From NCBI GenBank assembly GCA_038320545.1, contig JBBQEI010000013.1, positions 6,555 to 70,554 of the forward strand: 64,000 nucleotides of DNA. The letters run 5' to 3'. The position numbers were made by a program, and so were the translations under genes. This DNA is from Bacteroidales bacterium. GTDB lineage: Bacteria; Bacteroidota; Bacteroidia; Bacteroidales; JAAUTT01. Position 1 is the first letter of the stretch, and every line of letters begins with the position of its first letter. Below, in pieces: positions 38,297-47,000 of the stretch. The notes under the pieces were generated by a model. That model saw only the letters and a list, made by a program, of their open reading frames with translations. It searched no databases and had not been told where the DNA came from.

Positions 38297-39382
38297 ATGA
38301 ATAAAAATCAGCCAATTAAGTTAGTATTAGAGGATGGAACTGAAGTAACCGGAAAAAGTTTTGGTTATGAAGGTTCGGTAAATGGAGAAGTAGTTTTTAA
38401 CACTGCCATGACTGGATATCCTGAAAGTCTCACTGATCCGTCCTATAAAGGTCAGATTTTGGTATTAACATATCCGCTGGTGGGGAACTATGGTGTTCCC
38501 GGAGATGCTATTGAAAATGATCTATTAAGTTTTTTTGAATCAAACAGGTTACATATTTCAGCACTTGTTATTTCAGATTATTCTTTTGAATATAGTCATT
38601 GGAATGCGAATAAAAGCCTTGCGAAATGGTTAAAGGATAATAAAGTACCTGGTATTTATGGAGTTGATACACGTCACTTAACTAAAATATTAAGGGAAAA
38701 AGGTACCATGCTTGGAAAAGTTATATTTAACAATCAGCATGTAGAATGGTATAATCCCGATCTGGATCATTTGGTTGATCAGGTGAGTATTCCTGAAAAA
38801 CAGGTTTATGGTAATGGTAAGTATAGAATTGTATTGATTGATTGTGGAGTTAAATACAATATTATCAGGTATCTTTTAGATAAGGATACAACAGTTATTC
38901 GTGTACCGCACGATTATGATATTTCAAAGGAAAAATATGATGGCCTTTTTATATCCAACGGTCCTGGTGATCCTAAGAAATGTGATGTAGCCATTGCCAG
39001 TCTGGCTAAGGCTTTCGAGAAGGACGTTCCAATTATGGGTATCTGTCTGGGTAACCAGTTAATGGCACTTGCATCGGGTGCGGATACTTATAAACTTAAA
39101 TATGGCCATCGCAGTCATAATCAACCAGTAATAAAAGTAGGAACCCAAAAAGCATATATCACTTCACAAAATCATGGATTTGCTATCGATAACAGCACAT
39201 TGAGCAGCGATTGGGAACCATATTTCATTAACCTGAATGATAACACAAATGAGGGTTTGCGTCACAAAACAAAACCATTTTTCTCTTCCCAATTTCACCC
39301 GGAAGCTTCGGGCGGTCCCACAGATACTGATTTTCTTTTTGGCGATTTTATGAAAGAGGTGAAGAAATATAAGGGGGAGTAG
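38297..39382 (+). CDS. carA: Carbamoyl-phosphate synthase small (glutaminase) subunit
   Basis: GVDTR.LT, active-site ICLGNQL and QFHPEA motifs. No carB follows. Confidence 0.95.
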   Translation: MNKNQPIKLVLEDGTEVTGKSFGYEGSVNGEVVFNTAMTGYPESLTDPSYKGQILVLTYPLVGNYGVPGDAIENDLLSFFESNRLHISALVISDYSFEYSHWNANKSLAKWLKDNKVPGIYGVDTRHLTKILREKGTMLGKVIFNNQHVEWYNPDLDHLVDQVSIPEKQVYGNGKYRIVLIDCGVKYNIIRYLLDKDTTVIRVPHDYDISKEKYDGLFISNGPGDPKKCDVAIASLAKAFEKDVPIMGICLGNQLMALASGADTYKLKYGHRSHNQPVIKVGTQKAYITSQNHGFAIDNSTLSSDWEPYFINLNDNTNEGLRHKTKPFFSSQFHPEASGGPTDTDFLFGDFMKEVKKYKGE

Positions 39383-39431
39383 AGAAGTAGAAAGTAAAAA
39401 GTAAGAAGTACGAAGTATGAAGTAAAGAGTA
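39383..39431. repeat. Seven phased heptamers of consensus NRAAGTA directly after the carA stop
   Basis: AGAAGTA GAAAGTA AAAAGTA AGAAGTA CGAAGTA TGAAGTA AAGAGTA in unbroken 7-nt phase. Confidence 0.85.
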
Positions 39432-39444
39432 ATACCTTCTTTTT

Positions 39445-39489
39445 AAAGCTGCCATCAAGGATATTTATTCTTGATGGCAGCTTTTTTTT
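39445..39489 (+). terminator. Intrinsic terminator of carA
   Basis: A 13-bp perfect stem, AGCTGCCATCAAG / CTTGATGGCAGCT, followed by TTTTTTT. Confidence 0.85.
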
Positions 39490-39516
39490 AACGATTATGG
39501 TAATTAAGGGTTTATT

Positions 39517-40368
39517 TTGGTTGAAGCTGAAGGAAACAAAGCCTATTCATTTTTCAAAATTATTTTCATAGGAAAAGAAATACCAGTGCAAAATCGTGAA
39601 GTGATCATAGAACACGAGATGGTACATGTTAAATCTTTACATTCTATTGATAATGTATTAATTGATCTGGTATTGATAATTCAATGGTTTAATCCGGTGG
39701 CGTGGTTAATGCGAAAAGAAATCCGCGAAAACCATGAATACGAAGCAGACGAAACACTACTAAAACATGGAGTGTCTGTTGAAAACTATCAGGAATTATT
39801 ACTTAACCATATGTTTCAAACCAGCGGTGTACGATTTTCTTCCTTTAATTATAATTCATTTATTAAAAACCGAATCAAAATGATGACAAAAACAAATGCA
39901 GCTGCTGGAAAAACCAGGTTTTTACTGGCGGCAATTATGTGTTTATTAGTAGTTTCTGTTTTTTCCTTTAAAGCAGAAATTAAATCCTTAAGTAACAATT
40001 CATCCGTTGCTATTAAAGACACTATTAAAGCACCAGTTTCAAATGATGAAGCATTTCTGGTTGTTGAACAATCCGCCACATTTCAAGGGAAAGACTTAAT
40101 GGAATTTAATAATTATGTGATGAAGAATATTATCTATCCTCAGGATGCAGTCAAAAATAAGTGGCAGGGAAAAGTGTTTGTTCAGTTTATTGTAGAGAAG
40201 GATGGCACAATAAAAGAAACAAAAGTATTACGAAGCAGTAACTTTGAAATTTTAGATAATGAAGCCTTAAGGGTTGTAAGGAATGCGCCTGTATGGGAGC
40301 CAGCTAAACAAAGTGGTAAGATTGTACGCCAGGAGTTTACATTGCCCGTAGTATTTAAACTAAATTAA
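39517..40368 (+). CDS. M56 (BlaR1-like) peptidase / TonB C-terminal domain protein, N-terminally truncated (possible pseudogene)
   Basis: HEMVHV...NHEYEAD is the M56 signature, and the C-terminal ~80 aa are TonB_C-like (GKVFVQFIVEKDGTI...ALRVV...W.PA.Q.GK). The frame opens only 12 nt upstream (stop at 39505), and there is no ATG before the HExxH. The usual N-terminal TM region and an adjacent BlaI-type repressor are absent. Confidence 0.6.
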   Translation: MVEAEGNKAYSFFKIIFIGKEIPVQNREVIIEHEMVHVKSLHSIDNVLIDLVLIIQWFNPVAWLMRKEIRENHEYEADETLLKHGVSVENYQELLLNHMFQTSGVRFSSFNYNSFIKNRIKMMTKTNAAAGKTRFLLAAIMCLLVVSVFSFKAEIKSLSNNSSVAIKDTIKAPVSNDEAFLVVEQSATFQGKDLMEFNNYVMKNIIYPQDAVKNKWQGKVFVQFIVEKDGTIKETKVLRSSNFEILDNEALRVVRNAPVWEPAKQSGKIVRQEFTLPVVFKLN

Positions 40369-40431
40369 TTTTTTTTATTACATATAACTAATAAAATAGT
40401 TATATACCTAATTAATTAGGAGGAAGAAATC

Positions 40432-40462
40432 AAAAAAGCCCCATGATGTTCTTGGGGCTTTT
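40432..40462 (+). terminator. Intrinsic terminator
   Basis: AAAAAAGCCCCA-loop-TGGGGCTTTT hairpin about 65 nt after the stop at 40368. Confidence 0.55.
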
Positions 40463-40812
40463 AAATTTGTTATCATTAAAGGTATTTTTCAATATGATTT
40501 CTCAATTTCATTGAGCAAAAAGCAAATGAAACTAACAGCCTTTTCTCCTACTTTTTTTGGGAAAAGAAAGTAGGCAAAGAATCCTTAACCGCGTTCCGAT
40601 AGCTATCGAAAGGCCTGCGGTTATGCAGGAATTTTGGTTTACGGCTTCGCCGGGCTTCGAAAGGAGATTTTCATGCACGGTTTTTCTTTCACTTCGAACA
40701 GGGTCTCTTCAGAGTTAATCCGCATTATTTAACCCAGTTCACCTTAGCAGCTTTCACTTCTACTAATTGGTATCCTTATAGATGTTGAAATCTCCCGGTT
40801 CCCAATCGTACT

Positions 40813-41100
40813 TTAGATATAAAATTTAAAATCTTCAGGTGTGATTGAAAAGCTTACTTCCTTACTTTCGCCAGGTTGTAGAAATACTTTAGTAATACCT
40901 TTTAATTACTTTACAGGACGTGATTTACCAGCTACAGGATCTTTAATATAGAGCTGAGCAGTTTCTTCGCCTGCATATTTACCGGTATTGCTGATGGAAA
41001 CCTTGGCTGTTAATGTTTCATTTCGCTCATATCTACGGTATTATAATCTCTTCCGGCTTCGGCAGCGACATATAAAGCGAAATGTTTCACACAGATGAAC
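40813..41100 (-). pseudogene. Remnant of the 3' end of a glycoside hydrolase family 3 gene (Fn3-like C-terminal domain)
   Basis: The minus strand translates to NETLTAKVSISNTGKYAGEETAQLYIKDPVAGKSRPVK*LKGITKVFLQPGESKEVSFSITPEDFKFYI*. This matches the conserved GH3 tail NTG..G.EV.QLY..D......RPVKELKGF.KV.L.PGESK.V.F. There is an in-frame stop at 40906-40908. The upstream continuation (..GRDYNTVDMSEMK) is in another frame. No 5' part is present. Confidence 0.6.
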
Positions 41101-41232
41101 AAATACTTATGTTAATTTATAATATTGAATAATAATTGTGTAAATTGAATTAAGGCAATTATTTTAGTAGTTTAATTTTATATAATATTATAACAAATTT
41201 GTATAAAATGTATAAAATACACAATAATAATT

Positions 41233-41240
41233 TATATTTG
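41233..41240 (+). promoter_or_regulatory. Candidate -7 promoter box (TATATTTG)
   Basis: TAnnTTTG match ending only 5 nt before the ATG at 41246, implying a very short leader or a leaderless transcript. Confidence 0.35.
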
Positions 41241-41245
41241 CTCAT

Positions 41246-42025
41246 ATGAGTAACAAATTGGAATTGAAAGATTTTATTGAAAACGGTACAAAATGGTTTC
41301 TTCCTAATTTATCGGTCGATTGTGCAATTTTCGGGTTTCACAAAAACCAGTTAAAAGTATTGTTAAATAAGTGGACGAAATCTGAAGGATGGTGTCTTCC
41401 GGGTGGCTATGTTTTAAGGGATGAATCGGTTGACAATTCGGCAAAACGCATTTTGAAAGAACGTACCGGATTAAGCAAAATATTTTTAAAGCAATTTTAT
41501 ACATTCGGAGATCCTGCAAGGGCAAAGAACCCGGGAATGGAAATAGAACAATTATCAGAAACTTTCAATATTAATATAGGCGACGATAATTGGATGTTCG
41601 ACAGGATGGTATCGGTTGGGTATTTTGCCCTGGTTGAATATTCGAAAGTTAAACCAAAACCTGACGAATTATCAGAGAAATGCGAGTGGTTTGATATTAC
41701 TGATATACCACATTTATTTTTCGACCACAACCAAATTGTGGACCATGCTTTAAAAGAGTTACGGTTGCAAACTTTTCATCATCCGATAGGCTTTAATCTA
41801 CTGGCCGAAAAATTTACATTACCCGAATTGCTCGGCTTATACGAAACAATTCTTGGACGTAAGCTCGATCGAAGAAATTTCCAGAAGAAAATTCTATCGT
41901 TCAATATTCTTAAAAAGCTTGATGAACGCAGAAATATTGGTCCTCACAGAGCTCCTACCCTTTATTCGTTCGATAAGCAGAAATACAATGAGGCTTTGAA
42001 AGAAGGATTGAGCATAATTTTTTAG
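41246..42025 (+). CDS. Nudix-fold transcriptional regulator of the NrtR/AraR type (degenerate Nudix box plus C-terminal winged helix)
   Basis: 259 aa. The Nudix box region GGYVLRDESVDNSAKRILKERTGL lacks consensus glutamates (RI for RE, ER for EE). The C-terminal ~90 aa (LPELLGLYETILGRKLDRRNFQKKI) resemble the NrtR DNA-binding domain. Confidence 0.7.
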   Translation: MSNKLELKDFIENGTKWFLPNLSVDCAIFGFHKNQLKVLLNKWTKSEGWCLPGGYVLRDESVDNSAKRILKERTGLSKIFLKQFYTFGDPARAKNPGMEIEQLSETFNINIGDDNWMFDRMVSVGYFALVEYSKVKPKPDELSEKCEWFDITDIPHLFFDHNQIVDHALKELRLQTFHHPIGFNLLAEKFTLPELLGLYETILGRKLDRRNFQKKILSFNILKKLDERRNIGPHRAPTLYSFDKQKYNEALKEGLSIIF

Positions 42026-42063
42026 AACTTCCGTTAATAAAAGTGATTTTACTCATTCACGCA

Positions 42064-42157
42064 GGCTTCGACTCCGCTCAGCCTTACGAACTGGTATTTG
42101 TGTTACACTGAGCGGAGTCGAAGTGTATTATTTATTCAATTCCTAAACTAAACGACA
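42064..42157 (+). repeat. Complete copy of the dispersed hairpin repeat
   Basis: A perfect 16-bp inverted repeat, CTTCGACTCCGCTCAG (42066-42081) / CTGAGCGGAGTCGAAG (42108-42123), plus the tail TGTATTATTTATTCAATTCCTAAACTAAACGACA shared with 6236-6306. Confidence 0.8.
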
Positions 42158-42216
42158 ATGAATTATAAATGTAAAATTTTTAGTACTATTGCAATATTGT
42201 GCTATAAAGAAATTAC

Positions 42217-43050
42217 ATGGGATATATCGACATTGCTAGAGTAATAAGGGAAAGCGATAATAAATTTCTAAAAAAGCTGCCTGGATTTGTAATCAGTATT
42301 TTGAAAAGAATAATCAGAGAAAGAGAAATAAACGAAATTCTCGATAGATGCACGGGGATGGAAGGTTTTCCATTTCTGGTAAAAATGATAGACGAATTTA
42401 AATTGAAATTGGAAGTAGAAGGGAAAGAAAACCTGCCAGAAACCAGCAGGTGTATTTTTGCTGCAAATCATCCTTTTGGGGTAATTGACGGATTAATTAT
42501 TACCCACACGGTAGCTGAAAAATACGGTTCGTTAAAAGCCATTGGAAACGATGCTTTTATGTTTGTTGAACCGCTTCGGCCTTTTATTTTTTCGGTAAAT
42601 GTATATGGAAGCAATACAAAAGAAAGAATTGCAGCTCTGGATGAATTGTATGCTTCCGACACAGCCATTACACATTTTCCTGCCGGGGAAGTTTCGAGAA
42701 GGTATGATGGGAAAATTCAGGATTGTGTTTGGCAAAAGAGCTTTGTAAGTAAAGCAGTATCGCATAAAAGAGATATTGTTCCTATTCATTTTATTGGTAA
42801 AAATTCCAGGCTTTTCTATTTTGTAAGTGATTTTAGAAAATTACTTGGAATTAAAATGTCTCTTGAACTTATGTTATTGCCAAATGAAATGCTTAATAAG
42901 AAAGGGAAAACTATCAGGGTGATTATTGGTAAACCAATTTCAAGTTTAACGCTCGATAAAAAGGTTACGCATCAGGAATGGACAAATAAAATCCGGGCAT
43001 ATATTTATGCACTTGGAACAAGCCAACAAAAAGATTTTATTAATTTTTGA
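42217..43050 (+). CDS. PlsC-type (lysophospholipid) acyltransferase family protein
   Basis: 277 aa with NHPFGVIDG (H-x-D catalytic block) and FPAGEVSR (block III). Confidence 0.7.
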   Translation: MGYIDIARVIRESDNKFLKKLPGFVISILKRIIREREINEILDRCTGMEGFPFLVKMIDEFKLKLEVEGKENLPETSRCIFAANHPFGVIDGLIITHTVAEKYGSLKAIGNDAFMFVEPLRPFIFSVNVYGSNTKERIAALDELYASDTAITHFPAGEVSRRYDGKIQDCVWQKSFVSKAVSHKRDIVPIHFIGKNSRLFYFVSDFRKLLGIKMSLELMLLPNEMLNKKGKTIRVIIGKPISSLTLDKKVTHQEWTNKIRAYIYALGTSQQKDFINF

Positions 43051-43103
43051 ATCAGTTTTATTGATTTTTATAATATTAACTACTACCATTCAATAACATC
43101 CGG

Positions 43104-44057
43104 ATGAATATAAAAAAAGCTGTAATAACTGCTGGAGCAAGGGGAGAACGATTATACCCCGTTGCTGATACAGTTCAAAAATCAATGTTGCCAATGGTCG
43201 ACATTGATGGTATTAATAAACCAATTATCCAAATTATTGCCGAAGAAGCTTTGTCGAGTGGTGTTGAAGAAATTTGTATTGTTTGTGCCCCGGATGATGA
43301 AATAAAATATATCGAAAATTTCCGCAGCCTTCAAAAAACTTTGGAAACATCGTTCAAAAATACAAAGTGGGCTCAAATCCAGGCATCTAACATCAAAAAC
43401 CTAATGGACAGAATCTCTTTTTCAGTGCAAACTGAACCTTTGGGATATGGCCACGCCGTTTATCAGGCAAAGCAGTTTGTTAATAATGAACCTTTTTTAT
43501 TATTACTGGGCGATTATTTATATGTTTCGGATATCAAAGGCAAAAGGTGTGCACAACAGTTAATAGAACTGGCTGTTCAGGAAGAATGTTCAGTTTCGGC
43601 TGTTAATCCCACCATCGAACATCAGATTGGTAAATATGGAACCCTTACAGGAAAATCGCTCATTAATTACAGCGGTATTTATCAGATTGAAAAACTAATC
43701 GAAAAACCTTCCATAAGTCAGGCAGAATTAGAACTTCAGACACCTGGTCTCAGGGCTGGCTATTACCTGTGTTTTTTTGGTATGCATGTTTTTAAACCAT
43801 CGGTTTTTGATATATTGAAAGAACAAATTGATTCACGAAAAATAAACAATGTTCTGTTGACAACAGCGTTGGAAGAAATGACAAAAACGGATAAATATCT
43901 AGCTTTGGAAATGAAGGGTAATCGTTATGATACCAGTAAAAGACTTGGACTTATGCTTGCACAGATTGCCTTAGGACTTTCGGGTAATATGCGCGATGAA
44001 GTACTTTCGCAAATGGTTCAGATTTTAGCAGAATCAGGTAGAAAAAACTGTATTTAA
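43104..44057 (+). CDS. Sugar-1-phosphate nucleotidyltransferase, GalU-like, with an atypical N-terminal loop
   Basis: KAVITAGARGERLYPVADTVQKSMLPMVD...PIIQIIAEEA aligns with GalU [35 protein letters not shown], but GLGTR is replaced by ARGER. Confidence 0.7.
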   Translation: MNIKKAVITAGARGERLYPVADTVQKSMLPMVDIDGINKPIIQIIAEEALSSGVEEICIVCAPDDEIKYIENFRSLQKTLETSFKNTKWAQIQASNIKNLMDRISFSVQTEPLGYGHAVYQAKQFVNNEPFLLLLGDYLYVSDIKGKRCAQQLIELAVQEECSVSAVNPTIEHQIGKYGTLTGKSLINYSGIYQIEKLIEKPSISQAELELQTPGLRAGYYLCFFGMHVFKPSVFDILKEQIDSRKINNVLLTTALEEMTKTDKYLALEMKGNRYDTSKRLGLMLAQIALGLSGNMRDEVLSQMVQILAESGRKNCI

Positions 44058-44069
44058 TACTGTTAATTC

Positions 44070-47000
44070 ATGAACCCGTTTATTCAAACCATAACATCGT
44101 CGGATGTTTCAATTCGAAACAGATCATTTTCCTCTATTTGCAAAGTCTATCCGGCTGTTCAACTCTTGGAGTTATTTGGTGAACTGGATAATTTCAGAAA
44201 ACAAACACGAAACTTGTACGAAAGGGTAAGAGCTTGCATTTTTTTATATTCAGGTTACCGGTTTTTTTTAATAGAGTCGAAGGATTTCCCGGCAACAGGA
44301 ACTATATCTCCGGAAGGATTTGAGAATTTATTAAAGAGAAATTTCGAAAAATCCATAACTATATTTTTATCTGAGATTTCAAAGAAGGGGCCAAATGCCA
44401 GTCTTTTTAGTTGTCTGGCAGAAAGTTATCATCATCTTTCATTTCAAATACTGGCCGACCAGGTTCGTAAAAGCGTACGATCCAGCAAAGGAAACCAGTG
44501 GATGTTCAGAGTAGGGAGATATGATGAACACCCTTTAAAAATTCATCCGCGAATGCTGGAGCATAGGGACGAAACAATGTTGTTTCCAATATTAAGGGAG
44601 GTTACGCCTGTTCGGATGGATTTAACACATAGCGGGTGGTCTGATATATTTTTTCTGGGAATGGATTACCCTGAAGGTGCCCGGGTAATTAATGTGTCTA
44701 TTGATCTGGGTGTGTATGGTCGCGATAAAGAAATTAAACCCCCATTGGAAACTTATATCAGGGTTTTAAACGAACCTATTATTCGTTTAACTGCCCTGGA
44801 TTTAAAAGATAGTAAAGACGTTTCGCAACTTCAGGATTTATTTAATTTCGGGAATGATTACCTGAGTTTATTGAAAGCGGCCATTATAGCATCGGGAATA
44901 ATACCTCCATCGTTTGAAGGAACAAATCAAACCATTGCTGAAATTTTGGGTAATCTTATTTCTCCCGGAATGGGATTAGAGCTGGTTACTAAAGTGAACG
45001 ATATTCCCAAAGGTTCCCGGCTAGCTGTTTCTACCAACTTGCTGGCATCAATGATAAGCGTGTTGATGAGGGCTACCAGTCAAACACAACAACTGGAGGG
45101 TAACTTAACTGAACAGGAGCGGCGGTTAATTGCTTCCCGGGCAATTCTTGGGGAATGGTTAGGAGGTTCAGGCGGAGGTTGGCAGGACTCTGGCGGAATC
45201 TGGACAGGAGTTAAAGCCATTGAAGGCACACTTGCAGAGGAAGGAGATCCTGAATTCAATATCAGCAGGGGATGTCTACTTCCAAAACATCAGGTTTTAA
45301 GTGAAAAAGATCTTCATCCGGAGTTCGAAAAAAAATTAGCATCTTCCCTTGTATTGATTCACGGAGGTATGGCTTCCAATGTGGGACCAATTCTCGAGAT
45401 GGTTACCGAAAAATACCTGTTGCGTCAAAACGAGGAATGGCTGGGCAGACAAAAAGCCAATTCCATTTACGAACAGATTCTTGAGGTTCTTAAAACAGGA
45501 GATATACAACAATTGGCTTCACTTACAAGTCAAAATTTTGACGGACCCATAAAAACTATTATTCCCTGGGTCACTACTCATTTTACCGAAACAATCATTA
45601 AAAAAGCTAAAGAAGCTTTTGGCCCGAAGTATTGGGGTTTTTTAATGCTGGGCGGTATGTCGGGAGGTGGAATGGGAATGTTTGTTGACCCCTCCATCTA
45701 TGAAACGGCCAAAGAATGTATTTTAAATATATTAAAGGAAACAAAGGAAAATATGTCTTCAGCACTTCCATTTGCCATGGAACCTGTTGTGTACGATTTT
45801 CAGATTAACAAAAACGGGTCGGTCTCGGCTTTACTCAAGGGCAATGAAGCTTTAATGCCGGCAGCATATTATTCTTTTCATATTCCAAAAATTGTGAGGG
45901 AAAACCTGAAAGATTTTCCTGAAATCAGGAAATTTGAAATTGATAGAATAACAGCTCAAAGTTCATCAAACGACGAGGCTTTTTCAATGCTGCGTTCTAT
46001 CGTAACAAATTTATTTAAGTTTTCGTCGGAAGTTGAGTCTAAAGAAAGGACCAGGCAGAATGAGGAAACAGAAAGGATCAAAAAAGAAAATGGATTTGAT
46101 TATATACAACACGAACAAATAAGGCAGGATTTATTCAAAGGACGAATAGGGCTTTCAAGAAACAAGCTTCCTGCCGAAACCATTATTGAAGATGTAAACG
46201 ATTCGGAGATTGTTTTTTTAGAGAAACTAACTGATCAGAAGTTAATTGGGGAGAAGTTACTTGGAGAGGGTAAAGTGGCTGTTATGTGCCTTGCCGCTGG
46301 AGTTGGGAGCAGATGGACAAAAGGTGCCGGTGTGATTAAGGCAATAAACCCCTTTGTAATGATGAAAAATAAGCATCGTTCCTTTCTGGAAATACACCTG
46401 GCAAAAAACAAGAAAACAGCTGAAATACATCATACTTCAATTCCTTTTATCATTTCAACCAGCTATCTTACACATAATTATATACAGAAATTATTGGCCG
46501 AAAATGCTAATTATGGTTATAGCGGAAAAGTTTATTTGTCGCCAGGAAAATCTATCGGTCAGCGTATTATCCCTATGGAACGTGATTTACGTTTTCTCTG
46601 GGAGGAGATGCCACAGGAACAATTAGATGAAAATAAACAAAAGGTCAGGGAAGCTGTGCGTTCATCTATGATTGGATGGGCAAAATTGAAAGGGGAGAGC
46701 AATGATTATGTTGATAATCTGGCAGAACAGCGGCTTACACCACTTGGACATTGGTTTGAAGTGCCGAATATGCTACGTAACGGAATGCTGGTAAAGCTCC
46801 TGAATGAAAATCCCAAAATCGAACATATCCTCTTGCACAATGTGGATACATTAGGTGCAGATATTGATGTTGATGCCCTTGGATATCATGTTCAATCGGG
46901 AAATGCCCTTACATTTGAGGTGATTGCCCGCAGAATTGATGACCATGGTGGCGGGCTTGCACGTATTAATGGTAAAGTGCGTTTACTGGAGGGGTTAGCT

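Noticed and set aside
38297-39382. carA without carB as a possible gene loss
   Set aside because: carA is intact and ends at a strong terminator. Unlinked carA and carB genes are common, so the window gives no evidence of decay.
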